Counted from the first letter of the stretch, positions 18,349 to 28,265 are shown. The stretch: DNA of 64,000 bases from an uncultured Candidatus Actinomarina sp. (GCA_902534495.1 CACAQC010000001.1:158773-222772); one strand, 5' to 3'. Notes: a model not told the origin generated them from the letters alone. Numbers and translations are program-made.

Positions 18349-19860
18349 ATGAATCTAGCAATAAAAATAGAAAATGTAACTAAAACATATCCAGGTGTTT
18401 TGGCAAACTCCGATGTTACGGTAAAAATTAAATCTGGATACATACACGCAATTGTCGGCGAAAACGGTGCAGGAAAATCAACTCTTATGAAAATTCTGTA
18501 TGGAATGGTCAAACCAGATTCTGGGAATATTGAGATATTTGAAAATAAATCAAATATGACTTCACCTAAAGATGCAATAAATTTAGGAATTGGAATGGTA
18601 CACCAGCATTTTATGCTAGCAAAAAATTTAACTGTTTTAGAAAATATAATTTTAGGTATCGACAAACCTTTTTTAAAAAATATAAAATTATCAAACTACA
18701 AAAAAGAAATTCAAAAAGTAATGGAACTATATTCTCTGACTATAGATTTAAATCAGTATGTAGATGAACTAAGTGTTGGAGAAAAACAAAGAGTAGAAAT
18801 TATAAAAGTTCTATATAGAGGCGCCAAAATATTAATTTTAGATGAACCAACTGCTGTTTTAGTTCCTCAAGAAGTCGAAGAGTTATTTAAAAATTTAAAC
18901 GATTTAAAAAATAATGGTGTAACAGTTTTATTTATATCACATAAATTAGATGAGGTTTTGGAGATTGCTGATGAAATATCAGTAATGAGAGCAGGAAAAA
19001 TGATGGATACCGTAATAAATAAAAATGTAAGCAAAATTCAACTAGCCGAAATGATGATAGGCAAAAGTCTTCCGACGCCTCCTGAGAGATCAACATTAGC
19101 TGAAGAAGAAGTAATTTTAAAAATTGAAAATTTAAAATCAAACAATTTAGACGGTAGAACTGTTTTTGACAATATAACTTTTAGTGTAAATAAGTCTGAA
19201 ATTCTTGGAATAGCTGGAGTCGAGGGAAATGGACAGAAAGAAGTTGTCGAAGCAATTATTGGAATTCATCCTATTGAGTCAGGCAAAGTAATATTTTTGA
19301 ATGAAGATATTAAAAAACTAAGCACAAGGGAAAGGTTGGAGTCCGGAATCAGCTTTATTCCCGAAGATCGACAGTTGCAAGCAATGATTATGGATATGAA
19401 TTTAACTAATAATGTAATAATTGGCAGGCAAAATATTAAAAAATACAAAAGCAACATAGGAACAGTCAAGACAAAAAATGCTATCAAGGAATCAGAAAAA
19501 GTAATTTCTTCATTTGACGTAAAAACACCGGGTACAAACACTCTCGCAACTGCCTTGTCTGGAGGTAATCAACAAAAATTTGTTGTTGGAAGAGAGTTAG
19601 AAGATAACCCTAGTCTTTTGATAGCTTCACAGCCAACAAGAGGTATTGATATTGGTGCACAGGCTTTGATTTGGGAAAAATTAAGAACTACTAGAGATCA
19701 AGGTCTTTCAGTTTTATTAATCTCCGCAGACTTAGAAGAACTAATTGGATTATCTGATAGAATTATAGTTTTTTATCAGGGTCGTTTAGTTAAGGAATTG
19801 AATGCAGAAAATGTTACTCCTGAAGACTTAGGTGGTTATATGACTGGATTAAAAAAATGA
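18349..19860 (+). CDS. ABC transporter ATP-binding protein with duplicated ATPase domains (CUT2 sugar/nucleoside type)
   Basis: 503 aa. Walker A GENGAGKST, signature LSVGEKQRVEI and a degenerate second domain with LSGGNQQK. Confidence 0.9.
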   Translation: MNLAIKIENVTKTYPGVLANSDVTVKIKSGYIHAIVGENGAGKSTLMKILYGMVKPDSGNIEIFENKSNMTSPKDAINLGIGMVHQHFMLAKNLTVLENIILGIDKPFLKNIKLSNYKKEIQKVMELYSLTIDLNQYVDELSVGEKQRVEIIKVLYRGAKILILDEPTAVLVPQEVEELFKNLNDLKNNGVTVLFISHKLDEVLEIADEISVMRAGKMMDTVINKNVSKIQLAEMMIGKSLPTPPERSTLAEEEVILKIENLKSNNLDGRTVFDNITFSVNKSEILGIAGVEGNGQKEVVEAIIGIHPIESGKVIFLNEDIKKLSTRERLESGISFIPEDRQLQAMIMDMNLTNNVIIGRQNIKKYKSNIGTVKTKNAIKESEKVISSFDVKTPGTNTLATALSGGNQQKFVVGRELEDNPSLLIASQPTRGIDIGAQALIWEKLRTTRDQGLSVLLISADLEELIGLSDRIIVFYQGRLVKELNAENVTPEDLGGYMTGLKK

Positions 19861-20936
19861 AGATGAGATTCAGACTGGTAAGTGTATCCGCGCCAATTGT
19901 TGCATTAATAATTTCATTTGGTCTAAGTTCTTTGATATTGTTAGTAATTGGCAAAGATCCACTGGAAACATTTCAAATAATGTTTGAATATGGAATTCGA
20001 GGTAAATCAATAGTATCAATTATAAATAGGTCTATTCCGCTTTATATTTCGGCCATTGCTGTAGCTGTTGGTTTTAAAATGGGACTATTTAACATTGGTG
20101 TAGAGGGCCAATACTTAATGGGATCTTTGGTTGCTGCATATGTTGGTGCTCAATTTTCTGTCATTACACCACTGCATATATTATTTATAATTATCATTGC
20201 AGTTGCTACATCATCTTTGTGGGCTGCAATCGCTGGGTATTTAAAAGTTGAAAAAGGAATACATGAAGTAATTTCAACAATTATGTTAAATTATATTGGT
20301 ACCGGACTTATTGCTTACTCTTTGACAACAATTTTTGACGAACCAAATTCAAACTATGATTTACCAAGAACGAAGGAACTACCTGACACAGGAAAAATGC
20401 CTTCATTAAACAAATTTTTTAACATAGAGGACCTACAAGATTTACATGGATTTTTAGTAATCGCACTAATAATTGGTTTTTTTTACTACTGGTTAGTGTG
20501 GAAGACAACTTTAGGTTTTGATTTGAGAATTACTGGCTCAAACCCAATCGCAGCAAAATTTAGTGGTATAAATCCAAAAAAGCTAATTGTTATCGCAATG
20601 ATTACCTCTGGAGGGTTTGCAGGTTTAGTTGGTTTAGCTCCTCTTTTAGGATATTTTCATAGATATACGATTGATTTTCCAACAGGTTTAGGATTTGCCG
20701 GTATTGGAGTCGCCTTATTAGGTAGAAACCATCCATTTGGAATGGCTGTTGGAGCATTATTATTTGCATTCTTACAAAGATCTTCGCAAATTTTAGATTT
20801 AAACGACGTACCAAAAGAAATTGAACAAATGATGCAAGCATTCATACTTCTTATTGTTGTAGTTTTTTATGAGGTAATTAGACGATTTATTGTCAAGCAA
20901 CAAATTAAAGACGCCTCAAAAAGGGCAGATGAATAA
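19857..20936 (+). CDS. ABC transporter permease (CUT2/BMP-associated)
   Basis: 359 aa, multi-TM. 4-nt overlap with the ATPase gene. Confidence 0.85.
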   Translation: MKMRFRLVSVSAPIVALIISFGLSSLILLVIGKDPLETFQIMFEYGIRGKSIVSIINRSIPLYISAIAVAVGFKMGLFNIGVEGQYLMGSLVAAYVGAQFSVITPLHILFIIIIAVATSSLWAAIAGYLKVEKGIHEVISTIMLNYIGTGLIAYSLTTIFDEPNSNYDLPRTKELPDTGKMPSLNKFFNIEDLQDLHGFLVIALIIGFFYYWLVWKTTLGFDLRITGSNPIAAKFSGINPKKLIVIAMITSGGFAGLVGLAPLLGYFHRYTIDFPTGLGFAGIGVALLGRNHPFGMAVGALLFAFLQRSSQILDLNDVPKEIEQMMQAFILLIVVVFYEVIRRFIVKQQIKDASKRADE

Positions 20937-22177
20937 TGAAAATACTGAAGTCACTATCAAAGAGATATCTTATTTTAACTCCAATATTATTAGTTATTGT
21001 TGTTGCTCAAGTTGAAACATATTCTCAACTAACAACTAGTGGAACCTTTGGTTCAGCTATAAGATTAGCGATTCCAATTATGCTTGCAGGATTAGGAGGT
21101 TTGTATTCTGAGAAAACAGGTGTCGTCAATATTGGACTAGAAGGAATGATGATAATGGGTACTTGGTTTGGTGCGTGGGGCGGGTATACATTTGGTGCAT
21201 GGCAAGGTATTTTTATTGGAATGTTTGGCGGCGCACTCTTTGGTCTTATACATGCAATCGCTACTGTTTCTTTTCAAGTAGATCATATTGTTTCTGGTGT
21301 TGCAATAAATATATTAGCTGCAGGAGTTGCAAGGTTTTTGAATGTCATTGCATTTCAAGATGTTGCTTATGCTTCTTCTACAGCTTCTCCAAGAATTCAA
21401 GGTGATATTGGAATTTTTACAATGCCATTCTTTGCTGGAGGAAAAATTGGTGAAAGAGAAACATTTAATTTATTTGGAAACATTGAAGAGCTTGATATAT
21501 TTTTAGTTTCAGACTTTGCTGGACTTTTACTTGGCTTTATTTCAAACATATCATACTTAACATTATTTGCTCTAGCTCTAGTCCCACTTTCTTTATTAGT
21601 ACTGTGGTTTACTCCGCTTGGTTTGCAAATGCGAAGCGTAGGAGAGTATCCAGCTGGTAGCGAGTCACTAGGTGTAAATGTTTATTTAATGAAATACATT
21701 GGTGTCACTATTTCTGGTGCATTATCAGGTTTGGCAGGTTCATATCTTGTTGTTGCTGGGACTGGTATTTATCTTGAGGGTCAAACTGGTGGTAGAGGAT
21801 TCATTGGTTTAGCATCTATGCTATTCGGCAATTACAAACCTTTTGGTATTTTGATGGGTTCTGGATTATTTGGCTTTGCTGACGCTTTACAATTGAGATC
21901 ACCACAAGCCGTCCATGGCCTATTAATTATTATCTCAGTTTTTTTGTTAGTTTTAACTTTTAAAGCTTTTTATGAAAAAAAATACAAAGCAAGCATTGTA
22001 ACTTTTATATTTAGTGTTTCTTTTTTAATTTGGTTTATGAATTCAACTAGTATTCCTAATCAGTTTGTTTATTTTACTCCTCATATAACTACATTGATAG
22101 TTCTATCATTTGCTAATCAGAGAATAAAATTACCAGAAAAAATAGGCGTTCCTTACAAAAAAGGAGAAATAAACTAG
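20936..22177 (+). CDS. ABC transporter permease (CUT2/BMP-associated)
   Basis: 413 aa, multi-TM. The start overlaps the previous stop. Confidence 0.85.
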   Translation: MKILKSLSKRYLILTPILLVIVVAQVETYSQLTTSGTFGSAIRLAIPIMLAGLGGLYSEKTGVVNIGLEGMMIMGTWFGAWGGYTFGAWQGIFIGMFGGALFGLIHAIATVSFQVDHIVSGVAINILAAGVARFLNVIAFQDVAYASSTASPRIQGDIGIFTMPFFAGGKIGERETFNLFGNIEELDIFLVSDFAGLLLGFISNISYLTLFALALVPLSLLVLWFTPLGLQMRSVGEYPAGSESLGVNVYLMKYIGVTISGALSGLAGSYLVVAGTGIYLEGQTGGRGFIGLASMLFGNYKPFGILMGSGLFGFADALQLRSPQAVHGLLIIISVFLLVLTFKAFYEKKYKASIVTFIFSVSFLIWFMNSTSIPNQFVYFTPHITTLIVLSFANQRIKLPEKIGVPYKKGEIN

Positions 22178-22992
22178 CCCCTTCCATAAAAAGTAATTTC
22201 TTGAATTGCACATTCATCAAAAGGATTACTACCACTGACCTCCACACCAGGGTATGAGCTGAGTATATCTATCTTTAAATAAGATGTTGTTGTATTGACA
22301 TCCACCCATTGTGATGTATTATCATTTTCGAGCTCCTTATTTAACAGAAATTCACTGTCATTTGTAGTTATTAGAATATCTCTAGCTTTAAAATTTCTTG
22401 AAAATGATTTTGAATCTTCTACGTTTTGAAACACTAGGAACTCTATATAAAGTTCTTTTGAAAAACTAAATTCAACCCAGCCATCTTGACATTGTAAACT
22501 ATTATCCTGCCAAGAAGAGGGCTCTCCATCGTATAAATTTTGACAAGACCATCCATCACCATCGTTGTATGAACTGGAAGACGAGCATTCGATGGGATAC
22601 TGTTTTTGCAAAATAGTTTGAATTGTAGTTGTCGGGGCTGTCGTTGTTGATTGTTGAACAATCTCCACTTGTTCTATTACTTCTTCTGAGATATTTAAAT
22701 TGTAGAAATAACTTGCTAATGCAATAACCGGGATTAAGAAAGTAAGAAAAAAAACAGCCCTTATTCCGGGAACCTCTTTTCTAGAAGGTAGTGGAGTAGC
22801 TCCATAAGTAGATAAAGGTTTATTTAACAGCTTTTCAGGAACTTTTGTTGTTCTCTGAATCTTTTCTTCCTGCTCAGAATTTTCTTTTTCTAAGTCTTTA
22901 AGACTTAATCCAAGCCAGTCTCCACAACTTGAGCAAAACTCAATAGATTTGTCTACAACAGCAGAACAACTTTTACATTCAATTTTTTCCAT
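22174..22992 (-). CDS. Zinc-ribbon / single-TM / extracellular discoidin (F5/8 type C)-like domain protein
   Basis: N-terminal CxxC...CxxC (CKSCSAV...CSSCGDW), one TM helix, a Thr-rich linker, and a C-terminal beta-domain ending AIQEITFYGR, typical of discoidin-like domains. Confidence 0.6.
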   Translation of the reverse strand: MEKIECKSCSAVVDKSIEFCSSCGDWLGLSLKDLEKENSEQEEKIQRTTKVPEKLLNKPLSTYGATPLPSRKEVPGIRAVFFLTFLIPVIALASYFYNLNISEEVIEQVEIVQQSTTTAPTTTIQTILQKQYPIECSSSSSYNDGDGWSCQNLYDGEPSSWQDNSLQCQDGWVEFSFSKELYIEFLVFQNVEDSKSFSRNFKARDILITTNDSEFLLNKELENDNTSQWVDVNTTTSYLKIDILSSYPGVEVSGSNPFDECAIQEITFYGRG

Positions 22993-23072
22993 AAATTATA
23001 AGTTAATTACTAATAATAAAATAATACAGTAACATTCAAATAAAAAAATCACTCATATATAAAAGAGGAAAT

Positions 23073-24125
23073 ATGAAAAATGGCAATGAACTTAGTCAAC
23101 TACTGCCTGGCCAACCATTAAGAGTTGGTGTTGATTTAATTGCAGATAAGAATTCTGGAGCATTAATTGTCATAGGTACTTCGACTAAATTAGATAAAAT
23201 TTCTTCAGGTGGAATTAATTTAATTGATTGTATGTATTCTCCAGAAATGCTTAGTGAATTGTCGAAGATGGACGGAGCAATTATTGTGAGCGATGATGTA
23301 ACAAAAATACTGAAAGCTAATGTTCATTTAAATCCCTCTGACACACTATTAACTTCTCAGACTGGTACCAGGCATAGAACAGCTGAAAGAACAGCTGAAG
23401 AAACTAATTTAACGGTTTTGACCGTTTCTGAAGAGTCATCTTTAGTAAAAGTTTTTACAAACGCAGGCACAACTGAATTAGAAGAACCATCAGTTACATT
23501 GGGTCGAGTTAATGAATCGTTGCAGTCAGTTGACAGAATGAGAAGAAGATTTGATGATGCTGTTGCAGAACTTGGAGAACTAGAAATTGAAAACTCTCTA
23601 ACTAATCAGGAAGTATTAGAAGTAATTCAGAGAGGGGAGCTTCTAACTCGATTAGCTAAACAAGTCAGAACTGAAGCCTTAAAACTAGGTGGCGAAGCCG
23701 GGTTGATATTGATTCAGATAGATTCTTTTGAGTCTGGGGTCAAAAAAACTTTTAACCTAGTTTTAAAAGATCATTTACCATCAAAAAAATATAGAAATAT
23801 CACAAAAGCAGTCGAAGTAATTTCGGAACTTACATACGAGGAATTAAATAATATAGACTTTCTTGGTTCAGTGTTAAGTAAGCTTCCACTAGATGACTTA
23901 TCAGTTTCTAAAGGCTACAGGGTTCTTGCAAGACTACCAAACTTACCTGAAAATCTACACGATTCTTTAGTTCAAAAATTTAAAACTCTTCCTAAGTTGC
24001 TTGTCTCCTCTCCAGAAATTCTTTACAGCGTTGAGGGAATTGGACGTGGAAGAGCTCAGCAGTTACGTGATTATTTTGATACATTGTTAAAAAATGTTGG
24101 TTTTTCTTATCTAAATGGAAATTAG
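23073..24125 (+). CDS. disA: DNA integrity scanning protein DisA (diadenylate cyclase)
   Basis: DAC-domain motifs DGAIIV and GTRHRTAERT. C-terminal HhH region (EGIGRGRAQQL). Good SD (AGAGGAAAT). Confidence 0.9.
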   Translation: MKNGNELSQLLPGQPLRVGVDLIADKNSGALIVIGTSTKLDKISSGGINLIDCMYSPEMLSELSKMDGAIIVSDDVTKILKANVHLNPSDTLLTSQTGTRHRTAERTAEETNLTVLTVSEESSLVKVFTNAGTTELEEPSVTLGRVNESLQSVDRMRRRFDDAVAELGELEIENSLTNQEVLEVIQRGELLTRLAKQVRTEALKLGGEAGLILIQIDSFESGVKKTFNLVLKDHLPSKKYRNITKAVEVISELTYEELNNIDFLGSVLSKLPLDDLSVSKGYRVLARLPNLPENLHDSLVQKFKTLPKLLVSSPEILYSVEGIGRGRAQQLRDYFDTLLKNVGFSYLNGN

Positions 24126-24145
24126 TTAGATTTCAATCTATAGTA

Positions 24146-24715
24146 ATGTTGTTATTTATGGCAACTAAAACTAAAAAAAACCCAAAAGATAAATACAAAC
24201 CCAATCAATTTGTAGTTCACCCTCACCATGGTGCGGCAAAAGTTTTAAGAAAAGTTAATAAAAATGTAGAGATATTCGTTGATGGTGAACCAAAATCAAA
24301 AAGAATTCAATATTTTGAAATAGAAGTCCTTACAGATGGTTTATTAGTTATGGTTCCGGTTGATAGTGTTGATGAAGTTATTAGACCAGTAATTTCAAAA
24401 AATGCAGTTTCAAAAAAAGTATTTCCTATTTTCAAAGAAAAACCTGAAGAGGCAGGTACGAATTGGAGCAGGTGGTATAAAGTTCTAACTGAAAAAATGA
24501 CATCTGGTGATGTCATACAAGTAGCAGAAGTTGTCAGAGATTTAACACATGCACAAATCAATAAAGGTATTTCTCCAGCGTTAAAAAGAATGTTAGCTAA
24601 AGCGAGGACAACGCTTGCAAGTGAAATTGCGTGTGCACTTAATGTTGATGAAGAAACTGCGATAGATAAAATTAATCAGCATCTTCCAGAAGAAGATCCT
24701 GAAGACGGTTTATAA
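24146..24715 (+). CDS. carD: CarD-family transcriptional regulator
   Basis: Tudor-like N-domain (FVVHPHHGAAKV) and C-terminal helical domain. The disA-carD-ispF-cysS order matches actinobacteria. ATG 24161 is an alternative start. Confidence 0.82.
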   Translation: MLLFMATKTKKNPKDKYKPNQFVVHPHHGAAKVLRKVNKNVEIFVDGEPKSKRIQYFEIEVLTDGLLVMVPVDSVDEVIRPVISKNAVSKKVFPIFKEKPEEAGTNWSRWYKVLTEKMTSGDVIQVAEVVRDLTHAQINKGISPALKRMLAKARTTLASEIACALNVDEETAIDKINQHLPEEDPEDGL

Positions 24716-24745
24716 TCAAATTAAACCAAGTTATCTGAGGTAATT

Positions 24746-25216
24746 ATGTTGGTTGGAATAGGTTTTGATATACACAGACATTCTCAAGAAGAGGCTCTTT
24801 ATCTAGGTGGTCTAAAAATAGAAGGACCTGGATTCGAAGCACATTCGGATGGTGATATTCTTTTACATACATTGTGTGATGCTTTGTTAGGAGCTTTATC
24901 TAAAAAAGACTTAGGCAACTACTTCCCGTCTAATAGTGAGACTCCTAAAAAAATATCCAGTGTTGAAATGCTGAAAGAGGTTTTAAGGATTATTGAATAC
25001 AAAAAATATATCATAAACAATATTGATATTATTGTTATTTCACAAACAATTAATATCGCAGATATTAGAACTGAATTGGTTGAAAATTTAGGTATTTTAC
25101 TAAATATTGATACATCGAAAATTAATATAAAAGGTAAAACAACTGACAATATTGGCATGATTGGAAGTAAGGAGGCATCAGCATGCCAAACTATAATATC
25201 TTTATCGCATGCTTAA
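24746..25216 (+). CDS. ispF: 2-C-methyl-D-erythritol 2,4-cyclodiphosphate synthase
   Basis: Motifs VGIGFDIHR, HSDGDILLHTLCDALLGA and KGKTTDNIG. Confidence 0.92.
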   Translation: MLVGIGFDIHRHSQEEALYLGGLKIEGPGFEAHSDGDILLHTLCDALLGALSKKDLGNYFPSNSETPKKISSVEMLKEVLRIIEYKKYIINNIDIIVISQTINIADIRTELVENLGILLNIDTSKINIKGKTTDNIGMIGSKEASACQTIISLSHA

Positions 25217-26603
25217 GTTATACAACACGTTTACTAAATCCCTAGAGAATTTAGAAAGTACTGATTCTGATATTAAGATATATCTTTGTGGCCCAACAGT
25301 TCAATCTTCTCCTCACATAGGACATGGCAGGTCTGCAGTAGTATTTGATTTTATGGTTCGTTACATAAAATATTCTGGCATGAATGTTATTTTTGCTAGA
25401 AACATTACAGATATTGATGACAAAATTATTGAAAAATCAATTGAAGAGAATATTTCTTACAAAGAGTTAGGCGACAGAGTAACTAAAGAGTTTAAAGATT
25501 CCTATGATAAATTGAATTGTCTAACTCCGGATTTTGAACCTAAAGCAACTGAAACAATTGATCAGATGATTGATTTAATTGATGATTTAATTAGAAAAGA
25601 TTACGCTTACGTTACCAAGTCTGGTGTTTATTTTGACGTAAGCAAATACGACTCCTATCTGGAGCTTTCAGGTAGAAGTTTTGATGAAGTTTTAAGTGGA
25701 ACCAGAGTAAATATTGAAGAAGATAAGAAAAATTCTGAAGATTTTGCTTTATGGAAAATTTCAAAAGAGAACGAACCAAGCTGGAAATCACCATGGGGTA
25801 ATGGTCGTCCAGGCTGGCATATTGAATGCTCGGCAATGATTCATGATATTTTTAAAGGCGAAATTGATATTCATTGTGGTGGAAATGATTTAATTTTTCC
25901 TCACCATGAAAATGAAAGAGCACAGTCAACTTCAGCATTTAGTCATAACTTCGTAAAACACTGGGTACACAATGGGATGATAAATTTCTCAGGTAAAAAA
26001 ATGTCAAAATCTGAAGGAAATTCTAAGTTTCTTGCAGAGTACATTGATAATTATGGTGGAAATGTATTAAGGTATTTTTTTCTAAGAGCAAATTATAGAA
26101 AACCTCAGGAATTCTCTGAATCTCTATTGGAAGAATCAAAAGTAACTTTTAATAATATCGAAAGTTTAATTTCTGGAGTGGAAGCTGGTTTAGAAGACAG
26201 CAATCTTGAAAAAATGTTTAACGATGCAATGAATGACGATTTAAATACACCCAAGTTCTTGGGAGATATGTATGAATATATTAATAAAAATAAAAATGGA
26301 AACCGTACTCAATTTATTAAAACGAAATCCACAATAAAATATTTATTCGAAATTCTAGGTTTTGTTTTTGAGGATAAAGAACAAAAAGTTGATATTAAAT
26401 TATTGGAGAATATATTAACTGATCAAAATATACAGATTGAAAATGATATTAATGTTTCGATTAATAAATTTATTGCTAAAAGAAATGAATACAGAAATAA
26501 TAAAGAATTTGATAAAGCTGATTACATGAGAAATAGATTAGACGAAATCGGAATTGTTATTGAAGACGGGAACGAAAGTGGATGGCGTTGGAAAAATAGT
26601 TGA
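25209..26603 (+). CDS. cysS: Cysteine--tRNA ligase
   Basis: HIGH motif (SPHIGHGRS), zinc-site WHIECSAM and KMSKS. Confidence 0.95.
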   Translation: MLKLYNTFTKSLENLESTDSDIKIYLCGPTVQSSPHIGHGRSAVVFDFMVRYIKYSGMNVIFARNITDIDDKIIEKSIEENISYKELGDRVTKEFKDSYDKLNCLTPDFEPKATETIDQMIDLIDDLIRKDYAYVTKSGVYFDVSKYDSYLELSGRSFDEVLSGTRVNIEEDKKNSEDFALWKISKENEPSWKSPWGNGRPGWHIECSAMIHDIFKGEIDIHCGGNDLIFPHHENERAQSTSAFSHNFVKHWVHNGMINFSGKKMSKSEGNSKFLAEYIDNYGGNVLRYFFLRANYRKPQEFSESLLEESKVTFNNIESLISGVEAGLEDSNLEKMFNDAMNDDLNTPKFLGDMYEYINKNKNGNRTQFIKTKSTIKYLFEILGFVFEDKEQKVDIKLLENILTDQNIQIENDINVSINKFIAKRNEYRNNKEFDKADYMRNRLDEIGIVIEDGNESGWRWKNS

Positions 26604-27297
26604 AGGTGTTAATGCTCTAGAGGCAGCACTAAATTCTAATAGAGTTAGAAAAGTTTTTGTTCTTGATAAAAAATCAAATAAATCAAATAAATTTAATGTT
26701 TTAATCGAAAATATTAAAAAACAAAATATTGATATAGAAATTATTCAAGATGTAAAGTTATGGAAATTTCATGTCAGGCATAATATAGTTGGAATTTGCG
26801 ACGAAAAAAAGATATATGATGAAAAAAATTTTGAAAATATACTATCAGAAAAAATATTGATATTAAATCATTTTCAAGATACAAATAATCTGGGCGCAGT
26901 TGTAAGGAGTGCAGCTGCATTTGATTTTCAAACAATATTTTTGCCAAAAAAAAGATCTGTACAAATTACTGAAAAGACATTTGCAATATCATCAGGTGGA
27001 ATGGAGTTTACAAATTTTGTTATGTATAACTCTATATTTTCTTTGATTAAAAAACTACAAAACCTTGGTTTTTGGATAATTGGTTTAGATATGAATTCTT
27101 CAAATGAAATAAAAGATTTAGATTTAAAAAATCAAAATATTGCATTGATAGTTGGTTCAGAAGGAACTGGGTTAAGCAATGAAATTCAAAAAAAATTGGA
27201 TTTAATTATAAACATATCAATGTCAAACAATATGGAATCTTTAAATGCATCCGTCGCAAGTGCAATAGCAATGCATGAAATATTTATAAAAAAATAG
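26554..27297 (+). CDS. rlmB: TrmH/SpoU-family 23S rRNA 2'-O-methyltransferase (RlmB-like)
   Basis: SpoU motifs NLGAVVRSAAAF, LIVGSEGTGLS and SLNASVASAIA. The start is uncertain: TTG 26554 as in the track, or GTG 26578. Confidence 0.8.
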   Translation: MLLKTGTKVDGVGKIVEGVNALEAALNSNRVRKVFVLDKKSNKSNKFNVLIENIKKQNIDIEIIQDVKLWKFHVRHNIVGICDEKKIYDEKNFENILSEKILILNHFQDTNNLGAVVRSAAAFDFQTIFLPKKRSVQITEKTFAISSGGMEFTNFVMYNSIFSLIKKLQNLGFWIIGLDMNSSNEIKDLDLKNQNIALIVGSEGTGLSNEIQKKLDLIINISMSNNMESLNASVASAIAMHEIFIKK

Positions 27298-27335
27298 ATT
27301 TATTCAATTATCTCTTTGCTATTATTTTAATGTCT

Positions 27336-27411
27336 GCCGGAGTAGCTCAGTGGCCAGAGCAGCCGACTTGTAATCGGCAGGTCAGGGGTTCGACTCCCCT
27401 CTCCGGCTCCA
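27336..27411 (+). tRNA. tRNA-Thr (anticodon UGU), CCA encoded
   Basis: Manual cloverleaf. Acceptor GCCGGAG/CTCCGGC, D stem GCTC/GAGC, anticodon stem GCCGA/TCGGC with loop CTTGTAA, T arm AGGGG-TTCGACT-CCCCT, discriminator T, then CCA. Confidence 0.93.
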
Positions 27412-27412
27412 A

Positions 27413-28261
27413 GTGACTAATTATCACAAAACATTTAGGAATGTATTTTATTTTGTTTTAGCCATACAGGCTTCTTTGATTTTGTTTGGAATCTTACGAC
27501 CTTCAATCATTTATGATTATTTAGATAATTGGCAAGTATCTTTGGTACCATTTGTGATTCTAATTTTTAACAAAATATATTTCAGCAATTCTAGATTAGA
27601 TAATTATATTTATGGGTTTTTAATTATTGTTTATTCACTTTTTCCAACTGTGCTTTTATCAAACCAAGAAATCCTCACGACAAATACTTTTAGCTCTGGC
27701 TTTAATAGTGACAATTTTCAGCAGGATATTATTTACAGTTTAATTATCGACATAGATGGATCAGTTAATTTAAATTCTTATGAAGGATCAGGCTATATTA
27801 TTGATATTCAAAATAGACCGGGAAGAGTCGGATTTCCAGAAGTAATCGAATCAAAAATAGGAAATCCAAGACTTGTTAAATTTAGAGAAATAGAAACTGA
27901 TAGGTTGCTTCAGGTAAAAGGCTGGGACTTGAAGCTCGGAGATCAGACATTTTGGAATCTATATTTAATGTCATTTGGATCAGATATCAATCTGAATAAT
28001 TTAAATCTTATAAACACTGAAATTATTGGTACAGGCGATATAAATATGGGAAAAAATTTAAACGCAGGTGATATTTTTATAAGTGGAAATTTTAATATCT
28101 ATGTCGATACCAGTCTGCCAATAGTTGTTATAGGGTCAGCAGAAGTACCCGCAGAATGGATAGATGCTACAATAGGGTACTTAAATCAAACAAATGAAAA
28201 CTATAAATTTAAGGTTATCGTTGAAGAAGGCTCAAATGTTGTTTTTCAAAATGGAGAATAG
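27413..28261 (+). CDS. Hypothetical membrane protein with a C-terminal repetitive beta domain (possibly LiaF/DUF4097 toastrack-like)
   Basis: 282 aa. About three N-terminal TM helices, and a C-terminal region with repeated G-D-I/N-x motifs. The GTG start lies 2 nt after the tRNA CCA end, so the start is uncertain. Confidence 0.45.
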   Translation: MTNYHKTFRNVFYFVLAIQASLILFGILRPSIIYDYLDNWQVSLVPFVILIFNKIYFSNSRLDNYIYGFLIIVYSLFPTVLLSNQEILTTNTFSSGFNSDNFQQDIIYSLIIDIDGSVNLNSYEGSGYIIDIQNRPGRVGFPEVIESKIGNPRLVKFREIETDRLLQVKGWDLKLGDQTFWNLYLMSFGSDINLNNLNLINTEIIGTGDINMGKNLNAGDIFISGNFNIYVDTSLPIVVIGSAEVPAEWIDATIGYLNQTNENYKFKVIVEEGSNVVFQNGE

Positions 28262-28265
28262 TTAG

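Noticed and set aside
27336-28261. Possible genomic island integrated at tRNA-Thr.
   Set aside because: There is no integrase, no direct repeat of the tRNA 3' end downstream, and no phage or mobile genes. The flanking genes are an ordinary membrane protein and the liv operon, with the same composition as the rest of the window.
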